DNA of 64,000 nt from Candidatus Lustribacter sp. (GCA_965277805.1 OZ255842.1:1728001-1792000), one strand, 5' to 3'. Counted from the stretch's first letter, positions 9,117 through 21,069 are shown. Program-made: numbers and translations. The notes: a model not told the origin generated them from the sequence alone.

Positions 9117-9901
9117 CAGCTTGCCACCGTATCCGTCGTGCGGCCGACGTAGGCTTCGATGACCCGCTCGTCGGCTTGAACGGCAGCCGGTGTGCCGCGT
9201 GCGATCACGCGTCCCGCATCGAGCACGACGATGTCTTGCGAGATCGACATGACCAGCGACATGTTGTGTTCCACGACGACCATCGTGACGCCGGCGGCGT
9301 TGATTGCCACGAGCAATTCGGCGAGCCGCAGCGTCTCGGTGTCGTTGAGACCGGCGGCGGGTTCATCGAGCAGCAGCACCTTCGGCCCCGCCATCAGCGC
9401 GCGTGCGATCTCGAGCAGCTTCTGCAAACCGAGCGGCAAGCTGATCGCCGAGTCCTCGGCGACCGAGCTGAGCCCGAGCACGTCGATCAGGTGCTCGGCC
9501 TTCTCACGCACGGTCCGTTCTTCGGATGCGGCGCGCGGCAAGTGCAGCGCTTCTTCCCACACGTTGGCGGTCACCCCGATGTGGGCGCCCGCCAGCACGT
9601 TCTCGAGCACCGTCATGCCGGCGAAGACGCGCGCGGTCTGGAACGTGCGGATCAGGCCGAGGCGCGCGATCTTGTCGGAACGCATCCCCACCAGGTCCTG
9701 GCCGAAGTATGCGATCGAACCCGAGTCGGCGATGTAGAGGTTCGTGAAGAGGTTGAACATCGTGCTCTTGCCGGCACCGTTCGGCCCGATCAACGCGGAC
9801 AGCGAACCGGCCCGGATGTTGAACGAGACGTCGGCGATGGCATGCACGCCGCCGAACGATTTGGTGACGTTCGTAACGGTGAGCGCGTCTTGTGTGTTCA
9901 C
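9116..9901 (-). CDS. livG: LIV-type ABC transporter ATP-binding protein (LivG-like)
   Basis: GPNGAGKST, RTFQ, LLLDEPAAGL, VEHNM, VIEAYVG; GTG start at 9901 overlaps the permease stop (GTGA). Confidence 0.88.
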   Translation of the reverse strand: MNTQDALTVTNVTKSFGGVHAIADVSFNIRAGSLSALIGPNGAGKSTMFNLFTNLYIADSGSIAYFGQDLVGMRSDKIARLGLIRTFQTARVFAGMTVLENVLAGAHIGVTANVWEEALHLPRAASEERTVREKAEHLIDVLGLSSVAEDSAISLPLGLQKLLEIARALMAGPKVLLLDEPAAGLNDTETLRLAELLVAINAAGVTMVVVEHNMSLVMSISQDIVVLDAGRVIARGTPAAVQADERVIEAYVGRTTDTVAS

Positions 9902-11817
9902 GCTGCAGTCTCCGCCGGCAGTGGCGTCGGTGTGGGCCGGCTGCTGCCGCCCGTGAAACGCCGGATCAGCGATGTGAAGCCGCCGTACAGGCCGCTCGGG
10001 AAGTAGAGCATGGCCGTGACGAGCAAGATGCCCGACGCCAGCGTCTTGTAGTTCGCCAAGAATTGGAACGCGGTCGGCAGCAGCGTCAAGAGCACGACGC
10101 CGATCACCGGTCCGACAAGGGTGCCCTCGCCGCCGATCACGAGCATCGTGATGATTAGGAACGACTGCTGCGTCGAGACCATGTCGGGCGAGAGAAACTG
10201 GAAGTCGAAAGCCAGCAAGCTGCCCGCGATCGACGCGAACGCCGCTCCGATGAGGAAGGCGTAGAGCTTGTAGCGCGGCACGTCGACGCCCAGCGCCAGC
10301 GCCGCCGTCTGGTCGGTACGGATCGAGCGCAGCACGCGACCGAAGTCCGAGCGCATCGCGTTGCCGAGCACGATCAGCCCGACGATCACGACGCCCCACA
10401 CGAGGTAGTAGTTCGCGACCGGCCCGGTAAACGTGTAGCCGCCGATCGAGAAGTTCGGAATGCCGGTCATGCCCGAGGGGCCGCCGGTCCAGTCGCTGAG
10501 GCCGACGGTCAACGTGTCGATCAAGAGGCCGAACGAGAGCGTCGCGAGCGCCATGTAGTGACCGCGCAGACGCACCGTCACCATCGAGAGCACCGTCGCG
10601 CAGAGCAGCGAGACGACGAGACCCAGCAGCACGCCGACGATCGGCGGCAAGCCGAACTTCACGCAACTGATAGCCGCGGTGTAGCCGCCCATCGCCATGA
10701 ACGCGGCGTGCCCGAGGCTCACTTGACCGCAGTAGCCCAAGATGACGTCGAGCCCGAGCAACGCGATATAAAAGATGCCGGCGATGACGAGCGAGCTGAG
10801 CAGACCGCCGCCGCCCGTGGCGTTCAGCAGCACCGGCGCGACCAGCAGGAGCACCAGCATGATCCCGGCGAGCACGCGGCCCTGTACGGGGCTGAGCTTG
10901 GTTGAGACGCCGCTTTGGATGTGGGAGACGTCGCGCACGTCTTCGCGGCGCCGGATGCGGCCGGCGATGATGCCGGTCGGGCGCAAGATGAGCATCGCCA
11001 GGAGCAGCACGAGCGCGATCGTGGTCGAGAACAGCGAAGAGATGTAGCCCGCCGCGCCTTGCTCGATCAGACCGAGGCCCAGGCCGCCGACGACCGCGCC
11101 GAAGAACGAGGCGACGCCGCCGATCGTGACCGAGATGAAGCCGGCGTTCGTGAAGATGCCGCCGCCGTCGAACTGCAGCGAGACGATCGGGCCGATTACC
11201 ATGCCCGCGATGCCGCCGATTCCCGAGGCCACCGCGTAGGAGAGAATCGTCATCCGCTTGACGTTGATCCCCATCAGCGCCGCAGCGGCCGGATTTTCAG
11301 AGACCGCGCGCAGCGCCTTCCCGACCGTCGTCTTCTGCAGCACGTACCACAGGGCGAACACGATCAGGATCGTCGCGCCGGCGTCCCAGGGCGACTGGGT
11401 GGGGAAGCGCAGCCCGAAGACCTCGTAGGGCCGCGAGCCGGAGAACGGCTCGAGCTGGTACGGCTGGCTGCCCCAGCACAACAGAATCGCGCCTTCGAAG
11501 AACGTCAGCAGGCCGGCCGTCAGGATGACCATGCCGGCCGTCGGCAGTTTTCGCAGCGCCGGTTCGAGCACGAACATCGCCAGCAGCGTACCGATCAGCG
11601 TCGTCACCGCGAGCGAGGCGACGAACGCGATCGCCAGCGGCCACAGCAACACCTGATGGAACGTGTAGAGCAAGAGCGCGCCGACGACGACGAACGCGCC
11701 CTGCGCGAGATTGATCGTTCCGGTTACGCGGAAGATCAACGCGAACCCGAGCGCTACAAGGGCAAACGCGCCGCCCTGTAAGAGGCCGCCAATGATGATC
11801 TCAAGTGCCTGTTGCAT
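9898..11817 (-). CDS. Fused LivH-LivM ABC transporter permease
   Basis: N-half INLAQG...GKALRAVSENPAAAALMGI; C-half GYCGQVSLGHAAF...TGGPSG...GRVLRSIR; GGAGG RBS. Confidence 0.9.
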   Translation of the reverse strand: MQQALEIIIGGLLQGGAFALVALGFALIFRVTGTINLAQGAFVVVGALLLYTFHQVLLWPLAIAFVASLAVTTLIGTLLAMFVLEPALRKLPTAGMVILTAGLLTFFEGAILLCWGSQPYQLEPFSGSRPYEVFGLRFPTQSPWDAGATILIVFALWYVLQKTTVGKALRAVSENPAAAALMGINVKRMTILSYAVASGIGGIAGMVIGPIVSLQFDGGGIFTNAGFISVTIGGVASFFGAVVGGLGLGLIEQGAAGYISSLFSTTIALVLLLAMLILRPTGIIAGRIRRREDVRDVSHIQSGVSTKLSPVQGRVLAGIMLVLLLVAPVLLNATGGGGLLSSLVIAGIFYIALLGLDVILGYCGQVSLGHAAFMAMGGYTAAISCVKFGLPPIVGVLLGLVVSLLCATVLSMVTVRLRGHYMALATLSFGLLIDTLTVGLSDWTGGPSGMTGIPNFSIGGYTFTGPVANYYLVWGVVIVGLIVLGNAMRSDFGRVLRSIRTDQTAALALGVDVPRYKLYAFLIGAAFASIAGSLLAFDFQFLSPDMVSTQQSFLIITMLVIGGEGTLVGPVIGVVLLTLLPTAFQFLANYKTLASGILLVTAMLYFPSGLYGGFTSLIRRFTGGSSRPTPTPLPAETAA

Positions 11818-11875
11818 GCAGCCTCCGTGAAGAGATTTCTTTCAGCTCAACGCACTCCCGGGGCGTTCCGTTCCG

Positions 11876-11916
11876 AAAAAGTGTAAGCCCGCACGGCATT
11901 TCGCGCGAGCTTACGC
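11876..11916 (-). terminator. Intrinsic terminator after the tRNA pair
   Basis: Minus strand GCGTAAGCTCGCGCG-aaatgc-CGTGCGGGCTTACAC followed by TTTTT. Confidence 0.7.
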
Positions 11917-11928
11917 CTCGCCAAAATA

Positions 11929-12002
11929 TGCGGTCGGAGGGACTCGAACCCCCAACCTACAAGTTCGTAGCCTGTTGCTCTATCCAATTGAGCTACGACC
12001 GC
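11929..12002 (-). tRNA. tRNA-Arg(ACG)
   Basis: Acceptor stem GCGGTCG/CGACCGC, D-arm TAGCTCAATTGGATAGAGC, anticodon loop CT-ACG-AA, T-loop GGTTCGAGTCC; CCA not encoded. Confidence 0.95.
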
Positions 12003-12072
12003 ATGTTCCGTTGTCGCATCGGCGACCAGGCATGGTACTCCGCAAGGGTTGTGTTCCCTGCTGAGTGCGAAT

Positions 12073-12161
12073 CGGAGAGGGAGGGATTCGAACCCTCGAT
12101 ACAGTGTTATCCGTATAACGGTTTAGCAAACCGCCGCCTTCAGCCGCTCGGCCACCTCTCC
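12073..12161 (-). tRNA. tRNA-Ser(GCT)
   Basis: Acceptor stem GGAGAGG/CCTCTCC, anticodon loop TT-GCT-AA, long variable arm, GGTTCGAATCC; CCA not encoded. Confidence 0.95.
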
Positions 12162-12256
12162 ACGGCGGCATGGGGCGTTCTCTTCACCGCCGCTCGCACC
12201 CTCGTCCGCTGCGCCGGCAAGATTCCGCAACGGCAAGCGAGCACACTTCCATCAAT

Positions 12257-14641
<2,385 letters not shown>

Positions 14642-14644
14642 CGG

Positions 14645-14959
14645 TTACTTTTCGGTGTCGGGCTCGGGCGGTGCCGATTCTTCGGCGAGCACGAAGAAGT
14701 CGTCGAGGATCTCTTGCGCGAGGTCGTCGTCGTCGAGCAGCGTGCCCGCGTCATCGGTGACGACGAACTCGTCGGCCGATTCGCTGTAGCAGACCGCGTA
14801 CGCGTTCTTTTCGTCGTCCTCGACCAAACCCACGACCTCGAATTCCAGCGACTGACCGTCATTGGTCTCGATCACGAGGATGTCGCGCAGTTCCAGCGGT
14901 CCGCCTTGGTCCGCGCCCTCACCGTTGCTGCCCCCGGCGCCGTTCGAACCTTCGATGAT
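14645..14959 (-). CDS. DUF1292-like small acidic protein
   Basis: Highly acidic; LEFEVVGLVED..YAVCY; ruvX/mltG neighbourhood. Start is ATC at 14959 or 14956 behind GAGGAG; the nearest canonical start is GTG 14875. Confidence 0.7.
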   Translation of the reverse strand: MIEGSNGAGGSNGEGADQGGPLELRDILVIETNDGQSLEFEVVGLVEDDEKNAYAVCYSESADEFVVTDDAGTLLDDDDLAQEILDDFFVLAEESAPPEPDTEK

Positions 14960-14972
14960 GACTTCTCCTCAA

Positions 14973-15977
14973 TTAGCGGAGGTAGCGTTCCACGTTGGCG
15001 TTGTGCTCTTCGAGCGTCTTCGCGAACGCATGATGTCCGTTACCCTTGTAGACGTAATACAGAAACTGTGAGTGCACCGGAGCGAAGGCCGCGTCGATCG
15101 ACGCTTTACCCGGGTTGGCGATTGGTGTCGGCGGCAGGCCGGCGTGGCGATAGGTGTTATACGGGGAGTCGATCTCGAGGTCGCGGCGGGTGATCACCGT
15201 GTGGTGTTCGGGAAAGACGTATTCGATCGTTGCGTCGACTTCCAGCGGCATTCCCGCACGCAGCCGGTTGTAGTAGACGCCGGCCATGATCGCCCGTTCG
15301 TCGTCTGCTTGGGCCTCACGCTCGATCAGCGACGCGACCGTGATAACCTGCGGGACGGTGAGGCCGAGCGCTCGCGCCTTGGAAGCCGCATTCGCTGGCA
15401 ACTCGGTAAAAAACTGGTCGGTGAAGATGCGCGCGATGCGGCCCGCGTCGGCGCCGACCGGAACCAAGTAGGTACTCGGGAAGAGGAAACCCTCGAGCGA
15501 CTTCGTCCGCGTACCATCGACAACGAGCCCGGTGCGGGCAGCGTAGCGGTCGAAGCCGCTCGCGTCAACGAGCCGGTGCTCGGCAAGCCGCGACCCCATC
15601 TCGCGCGCCGTGAACCCTTCGGGAAAGGTCACCCAGAGCGCATCCACGGCGCCGGAGACCAGCCGGCGCAAGATCTCGTCGCTCGTTTGATGGGCCGGAA
15701 AGCGGAACTGCCCCGATTGGACGTCGGCCTCGTCGTCGCGGAAGCGAGCGAGCAGGCGCAGTGCGATCGGGTGGGCAACGATGCCCGCGCTTTGCAGGCC
15801 GGCCACCACGTCGCCGAGCGTCGATCCGCGGGGCACGACGAACGTCGCGGGCGCAACCGGAAGCGAACGATCGCCGTACACGGCGTCGCGGAACCACAAG
15901 CCGGCGGCCGCAACGATAACACCGGCAGCGACGACGATGGCGATCGCCGTGTTGATGAGCGCGCGGAGGGACTTCAC
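14973..15977 (-). CDS. mltG: Endolytic transglycosylase MltG
   Basis: N-terminal TM; VTFPEG, LEGFLFPSTY, ASLIERE, YNRLRAGMPLEVDAT, SPYNTY, GLPPTPIANPG. Confidence 0.95.
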   Translation of the reverse strand: MKSLRALINTAIAIVVAAGVIVAAAGLWFRDAVYGDRSLPVAPATFVVPRGSTLGDVVAGLQSAGIVAHPIALRLLARFRDDEADVQSGQFRFPAHQTSDEILRRLVSGAVDALWVTFPEGFTAREMGSRLAEHRLVDASGFDRYAARTGLVVDGTRTKSLEGFLFPSTYLVPVGADAGRIARIFTDQFFTELPANAASKARALGLTVPQVITVASLIEREAQADDERAIMAGVYYNRLRAGMPLEVDATIEYVFPEHHTVITRRDLEIDSPYNTYRHAGLPPTPIANPGKASIDAAFAPVHSQFLYYVYKGNGHHAFAKTLEEHNANVERYLR

Positions 15978-16399
15978 GCGCGGGCGCGGGCCAAGTACGT
16001 TTCGAGGATCATCGCCGCGGCCAGTTTGTCGACGACGGTCTTACGTTTCGCGCGCGAGACGTCAGCTCCGATCAGCGACTTCTGCACGGCGGCGGTCGTC
16101 AGGCGTTCGTCGATGCGTTCGATGCGGCCGTCGTACGCGCGCGCTAAGTGCGCGACGAACGCGTCGATGTTTTCCGCCGCGATGCCGCGCGTACCGGCCA
16201 TCGTCAGCGGGTCGCCCACAACGATCGTCTTGGCATTCCGTTCGCGCGCGATCTCGACGATCGCCGCCACGTCGTCGCGCACGTTCGTGCGTTCGATCGT
16301 GTCGTGTGGAAAGGCGAACGTCCCGAGCGGATCGCTCACCGCCACGCCGATGCGGCGCGACCCGACATCGAGCGCGACCACGCTGCCGTCGACCGGCAT
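15974..16399 (-). CDS. ruvX: RuvX/YqgF pre-16S rRNA processing nuclease
   Basis: ALDVGSRRIGVAVSD, VVGDP, DERLTT, DKLAAAMILETYL; TGATG coupling. Confidence 0.93.
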   Translation of the reverse strand: MPVDGSVVALDVGSRRIGVAVSDPLGTFAFPHDTIERTNVRDDVAAIVEIARERNAKTIVVGDPLTMAGTRGIAAENIDAFVAHLARAYDGRIERIDERLTTAAVQKSLIGADVSRAKRKTVVDKLAAAMILETYLARARA

Positions 16400-17139
16400 C
16401 AGGGTGCGAACGCGTCGAGCAGCGCCCGCGCCTTCGGTCGCCGCCCGAGATGAAACGTTACCAGGTCGTCCACAGCACGCGCGACCTTCGGCGTCGCATC
16501 GATCGTCGCGCGCAAACCGGCGGCACGCGGTGCACCGAGCGCACGAAAGTTCTCGACATCGGCCGCATCGAGCGAGTGCATGTCGCCGCGCGCGCCGTAG
16601 CAGCCCTCGCAGCCGAGCCCGCCCGCATCGATGTCGACCCACGCGCCGTGATCGTTGAACGGGCCGCCGCAGCGAATGCACGCATCGTCCGGCGGCGCTA
16701 GCCCGAGCGCGTGCAGCAGCCGCAGCTCGAAGCGCGGGACGAGCGTGGCCGGGTCCGGCGATGCGGCGATCGCGAGCGAGGCGTTCGCCAAGAGCGCGTA
16801 GATCTCGTCGAGCGGCAGCTCGGGCTCGCAGAACATGTCGACGATCTCGGCAATCAGCGAGGCGGCGGCGAGCGCTCGCGGTTCGGTCAATCCCGTCCAA
16901 TGCGAGCGCACCGTCACGGCCGAGGTGATGATGTCGAGCGAGCGGCCGCGGTGCAGCGTCATCGTCGACTCGGTCAACAGTTGCATCCGCCCGCCGAGCG
17001 TGCTCTTGGTGCGCCGCACGCCCTTGCCGACCGCATCGACCTTGCCCGAACTGCGCGTGAAGAGCGTGAAGATTTTGTCCGCTTCACCGAGGTTGCGCGC
17101 GCGGAGCACGATGGCGTCGGTCGTATACGTGCGTTCGAT
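16399..17139 (-). CDS. recO: DNA repair protein RecO
   Basis: TDAIVLRARNLGEADKI, GKVDAVGKGVRR, Zn-finger CIRCG...CEGC; start inferred at ATC 17139 (TAATC overlap with cdd). Confidence 0.9.
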   Translation of the reverse strand: MERTYTTDAIVLRARNLGEADKIFTLFTRSSGKVDAVGKGVRRTKSTLGGRMQLLTESTMTLHRGRSLDIITSAVTVRSHWTGLTEPRALAAASLIAEIVDMFCEPELPLDEIYALLANASLAIAASPDPATLVPRFELRLLHALGLAPPDDACIRCGGPFNDHGAWVDIDAGGLGCEGCYGARGDMHSLDAADVENFRALGAPRAAGLRATIDATPKVARAVDDLVTFHLGRRPKARALLDAFAP

Positions 17140-17558
17140 TACGCGATGCCTCGCGACGCTGCGAGCGAGGCCGGTTCGAACGCCGTCGGCAGCAGTTCGC
17201 CGAGCGTCGTATCGTTCCAGCCGCCGTCGGCGCGCGCATAGGTGAGCGGCACGTCCGGCGCGCCGAACTCGGCCAGCACTTGACGGCACGCCCCGCACGG
17301 CGGCGTCGTCACGCCGTCCGGTCCCGTCACGGCCACCGCGGTGATCGTCGTCGACCCCGCCAGCACGGCGGCGAACACGGCGTTGCGTTCGGCGCAGACC
17401 GTCAACCCGTAGGATGCGTTCTCGACGTTGGCGCCGGTAAAGCGCCGCCCGTCGGCCGTCTCGACCGCCGCGCCGACGGTGAAGTGCGAGTACGGCGCAT
17501 ACGCCGCCGATCGTATGGCGCGCGCGGCAGCGCGGAGTTCACTCAGGTTGGTCGACAT
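17139..17558 (-). CDS. cdd: Cytidine deaminase
   Basis: AYAPYSHF, GANVENASYGLTVCAERNA, PPCGACRQ. Confidence 0.95.
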   Translation of the reverse strand: MSTNLSELRAAARAIRSAAYAPYSHFTVGAAVETADGRRFTGANVENASYGLTVCAERNAVFAAVLAGSTTITAVAVTGPDGVTTPPCGACRQVLAEFGAPDVPLTYARADGGWNDTTLGELLPTAFEPASLAASRGIA

Positions 17559-18819
17559 GCGCTTTTCCGTTGGTGAAGATGCGCACCGCGAGGATACGCC
17601 GGCCGCGCGTGCGGTCGACCCGCAGGCGCACGCCGTCGGTCGCCTCGACTTCTTCTCCCTCGTGCGGCAAGCGGCCGAACAGACCGACCGTGTAGCCGCC
17701 GATCGTCTCGAAATCTTCGTGCGGCAAATCGAGACCGAGCGCGGCGTTGACGTCTTCGATATTCGTGCCGGCTTCGACGACCGCCTCATCGTCGGCGATC
17801 TTGCGAATCGGTTCTTCCTCGCCTTCGTCGTGCTCGTCGCGAATCTCGCCGACGATCTCTTCGAGCAGATCTTCCATCGTCACGAGGCCGGCGGTGCCGC
17901 CGTACTCATCGACCACGATCGCGAGCGAGTATTTTCCACGCTGCATCTCGCGCAGCAGTTCGGAGATGCGCTTGCTCTCCGGGACGTGTGCCACCGTGCG
18001 CATCAGCGCGCGCAGCGACGTGGTTGCGATCGTGCCGTTGGCCAGCGCGATCAGCAATTCGCGATCGTGCACGACGCCGATGACGTTGTCGATCGTCTCG
18101 TCGTACACCGGCAGCTTCGAATAGCCGTCCTTGATGACGAGATCGAGGGCGCGCTTGGGCGGCGCGGCTGCCGGGACGGCGACCATGTCGGTGCGCGGCG
18201 TCATCACCTCGCGCACGATCGTGTCGCCGAACTCGATGATCGAGTGGATCAGCTCGCGTTCGCCCTCTTCGAGCACGTTCTGCTCGACGCCGACGTTCAC
18301 GAGCGTCTTGATGTCGTCTTCGGTCACGTACGGGCCGTGCGGTTCCGAACCACCGAAAATACGAACGATCAGGTTGGTCGTTGCGAGCAGCAGCGAGGTA
18401 AGCGGCGTCAAGAGCCAGATGAAAAACGTCAGCGGTGCGGCCAGCCGCAAGGCGACGCGGGCGCTGTTGGAAACGGCCAGCGTCTTCGGCAAGATCTCGC
18501 CGAAGATCAGCAGCACGATCGTGGTGATCAGCGTCGACCACAACGGCGCTTGCGGGATGCCGATCTCGACGAACAGGTAGGTGGCAAAACCGCTGGTCGC
18601 CAGCAGCACGAAGGTGTTGGCGATCAGGATCGTGGTCAGCGTCCGGTTGCGATCCTCGAGGATCTTCTGCAGGCGCGCGCCGCCGGGGACACCCTTCTCG
18701 GCAAACGTCCGCGCGGAGATGCGCGAAACCGAGACGATGGCTGCTTCGGAGCCCGCAAAAAACGCGGCCGCGCCCACGAATAGCACGAGGACGAGCAGCT
18801 CCAGCCAGTAATCGTTCAC
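17539..18819 (-). CDS. HlyC/CorC family (DUF21-CBS-CorC) membrane protein
   Basis: FFAGSEAA, IFGEILPK, REVMTPR, VVDEYGGTAGLVTMEDLLEEIVGEI. Confidence 0.92.
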   Translation of the reverse strand: MNDYWLELLVLVLFVGAAAFFAGSEAAIVSVSRISARTFAEKGVPGGARLQKILEDRNRTLTTILIANTFVLLATSGFATYLFVEIGIPQAPLWSTLITTIVLLIFGEILPKTLAVSNSARVALRLAAPLTFFIWLLTPLTSLLLATTNLIVRIFGGSEPHGPYVTEDDIKTLVNVGVEQNVLEEGERELIHSIIEFGDTIVREVMTPRTDMVAVPAAAPPKRALDLVIKDGYSKLPVYDETIDNVIGVVHDRELLIALANGTIATTSLRALMRTVAHVPESKRISELLREMQRGKYSLAIVVDEYGGTAGLVTMEDLLEEIVGEIRDEHDEGEEEPIRKIADDEAVVEAGTNIEDVNAALGLDLPHEDFETIGGYTVGLFGRLPHEGEEVEATDGVRLRVDRTRGRRILAVRIFTNGKAHVDQPE

Positions 18820-18830
18820 AAGCGCGCTCG

Positions 18831-18839
18831 ATTATACCA
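18831..18839 (-). promoter_or_regulatory. Extended -10 promoter (TGgTATAAT) overlapping the dgkA stop codon
   Basis: Perfect TATAAT with TG, 11 nt upstream of the GTG start of the HlyC/CorC gene. Confidence 0.6.
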
Positions 18840-19596
18840 CATGGAGCGGACCCCGCAGGCAGAGCCAGAGCCCGTAGCTGATGCCGACCCCGAGGATGCC
18901 GCCGAAAAAGACCTCGCGCGCGGAGTGGATGCCGGACTCGACCCGGCTCTGGGTGACCAGCAAAGCGAGGAAAAACGCAAGCCCGGCCAGCAGCGCGCTG
19001 TGCCCGAGCAGCGAGATGAAGGTCGCCGACGCGAACGCCAGCGCCGCGTGGCCGCTGACCGCGCCGCCCTGCAGCGCCGAGCCGCGGCCGACCTTGGCCT
19101 TGGCGATGACGGTGGCGATCCCCACGATGACGAGGCCGATGAAGACGGCGTTGGCCGGAAGGGCGAGGGCGGCCCGGTAGACCTGGTCGCCGCCGGCCAG
19201 GATTCCCTCATAGAACGTCAGGTACCCGACGATGACCGCGGCAAACGCGACCACCAGCACCGCGCCGGCCGATGCGTCTTTGGCCACCTTGGCCAGCGGG
19301 TGATGGGCCTCGGTCATCAGATCGACGAGCGCCTCGACCGCCGTGTTGATCAGCTCGAACGCCAGCACCATCGCCACGGTCACGACGATGCCGATCACGT
19401 AGGGCCGCTGCAGGCGCAGATAGAGCGTGGCCACCAGCACCAGCGCCGCCGCGACCAGGTGCAGGCGCATGTTGCTCTGCGTGCGCGTCGCGTAGATGAT
19501 GCCTTCGAACGCGTGGTGGAACGACCGCCAAAACACGTGCTCGCGCACGTCGTGTACGGCCGGAACTTCTCGCGGTGGCGGCAGCGGCTCGTTCAT
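18832..19596 (-). CDS. dgkA: Diacylglycerol/undecaprenol kinase with C-terminal PAP2-like domain
   Basis: SFHHAFEGI, ELINTAVEALVD, AKVAKDASAGAV; C-terminal SGH and SRVESGIH. Confidence 0.87.
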   Translation of the reverse strand: MNEPLPPPREVPAVHDVREHVFWRSFHHAFEGIIYATRTQSNMRLHLVAAALVLVATLYLRLQRPYVIGIVVTVAMVLAFELINTAVEALVDLMTEAHHPLAKVAKDASAGAVLVVAFAAVIVGYLTFYEGILAGGDQVYRAALALPANAVFIGLVIVGIATVIAKAKVGRGSALQGGAVSGHAALAFASATFISLLGHSALLAGLAFFLALLVTQSRVESGIHSAREVFFGGILGVGISYGLWLCLRGPLHVV

Positions 19597-20090
19597 CGCA
19601 GCACGCCTAAATAGGGCCAAGGCATCCCGATCGCTTCGGCAAGGCGGCGCTCTTCACGTTCCATCACGCGCCGTTCGCCGGCATTTTCGTGATCGTGTCC
19701 GCAGAGGTGCAGCACGCCGTGGATCAGCAGGCGTTCGATCTCGCGGTCCAGCGGCGCGTCGTACGCTTCGGCCTGCGCCTGCGCCGTGTCGACGGAGATC
19801 ACGATGTCGCCGAGCATGAGCTCGTTTGCCGCTGCCGGCGCGCGCGGATGCGTGCGGCCGTTGCGCTCAAACGCATCCGGTTCGTAGAGCGGGAAGCTCA
19901 GCACGTCGGTCGGCTGATCTTTTTGGCGGTGTTCGCGATTGAGCTCGCGCATCTCCGGATCGCGTACGAGGCTAAGCGACACCGTCGCGGCATCCGCATC
20001 GACTTCGGCCAGCAGACGTTCCAACGTGGCCCGCAGCGCAGCGGCGCGCAACCCCGTGCCGCGCGTTCGATTGGCAAAGTAGACCGGAAT
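19593..20090 (-). CDS. ybeY: rRNA maturation endoribonuclease YbeY
   Basis: LNREHRQKDQPTDVLSF, LGDIVIS, HGVLHLCGHDH; start inferred at ATT 20090, alternative TTG 20051. Confidence 0.93.
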   Translation of the reverse strand: MPVYFANRTRGTGLRAAALRATLERLLAEVDADAATVSLSLVRDPEMRELNREHRQKDQPTDVLSFPLYEPDAFERNGRTHPRAPAAANELMLGDIVISVDTAQAQAEAYDAPLDREIERLLIHGVLHLCGHDHENAGERRVMEREERRLAEAIGMPWPYLGVLR

Positions 20091-20093
20091 GGC

Positions 20094-21038
20094 TTACGCG
20101 TCTCCGGCGCGCTGATACGCGGCAACGAGCTTGGCGATGAGCGGATGACGCACGATGTCCGATTCGTTCAGCCGCACGATGCCCACGCCGTCGATATCCC
20201 TGAACAGGCGTTCCACTTCGGCCAGCCCGCTCTGCGCGCCGCGCGGCAGATCGATCTGCGTCACGTCGCCGCTCACGATCATCTTCGAGCCCGACCCCAA
20301 GCGCGTGAGGAACATCTTGAGCTGCTCGCGCGACGCGTTCTGGGCTTCGTCGAGAATCACGTAGGCATCGGAGAGCGTGCGCCCGCGCATGTAGGCGAGC
20401 GGTGCCACTTCGATCACGCCGCGTTCGAGATATTTGCCGACCGTTGCGTCGTCGAGGGATTCGCCGAGCGCGTCGTAGAGCGGCCGCAAGTACGGATCGA
20501 CTTTCTCTTTGAGATCGCCGGGTAGGAAGCCGAGCTTTTCGCCGGCTTCGACCGCCGGCCGCGAGAGCACGATGCGCGAGACCTCGCGCTCCTTAAGCGC
20601 GCGCACCGCCATCACGATCGCAAGAAACGTCTTGCCCGTGCCGGCCGGCCCGATGCCGAACGTCAGCGTGTTTTTTGCGATGCTCGCGACGAACGCGCGC
20701 TGTCCGGCCGTCTTGGGCCGGATCTCCTTGCCGCGCTGCGTGATGAAGAGCGTCTGCGGAATGCTCTCGGCCGCGAGCGTGCGCGCCGAAAACGCGACGT
20801 CGTCCGGCGTCACGTGCGTACCGGCCAGCGCTGCCTGGAGCATCGCGTCGAGGACGTCGCCCGCGCGCCGCACCGCTTCGCGCTCGCCGCTGAGGTGGAG
20901 CGTTTCTCCGTCGACGCGGACGACCACGGGGATCAGCGCTTCGAGCGCGCTGATGTTGCGATCGTGATGCCCGTAAAAGCGCAGATGGTCGTCGAGACCC
21001 GATAGTGCGAACGTCGATTCGATGGTGATCCCGGGCAG
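20094..21038 (-). CDS. phoH: PhoH-family ATPase (YbeZ-like)
   Basis: GPAGTGKT, RPAVEAGEKLGFLPG, MRGRTL, DEAQN, GDVTQIDL; the KH-like N-terminus (FYGHHDRNISALE) requires a CTG start at 21038 behind AAAGGAG. Confidence 0.93.
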   Translation of the reverse strand: MPGITIESTFALSGLDDHLRFYGHHDRNISALEALIPVVVRVDGETLHLSGEREAVRRAGDVLDAMLQAALAGTHVTPDDVAFSARTLAAESIPQTLFITQRGKEIRPKTAGQRAFVASIAKNTLTFGIGPAGTGKTFLAIVMAVRALKEREVSRIVLSRPAVEAGEKLGFLPGDLKEKVDPYLRPLYDALGESLDDATVGKYLERGVIEVAPLAYMRGRTLSDAYVILDEAQNASREQLKMFLTRLGSGSKMIVSGDVTQIDLPRGAQSGLAEVERLFRDIDGVGIVRLNESDIVRHPLIAKLVAAYQRAGDA

Positions 21039-21069
21039 TCAGCGCTCCTTTGGCAGTTTGGGTTATCCC

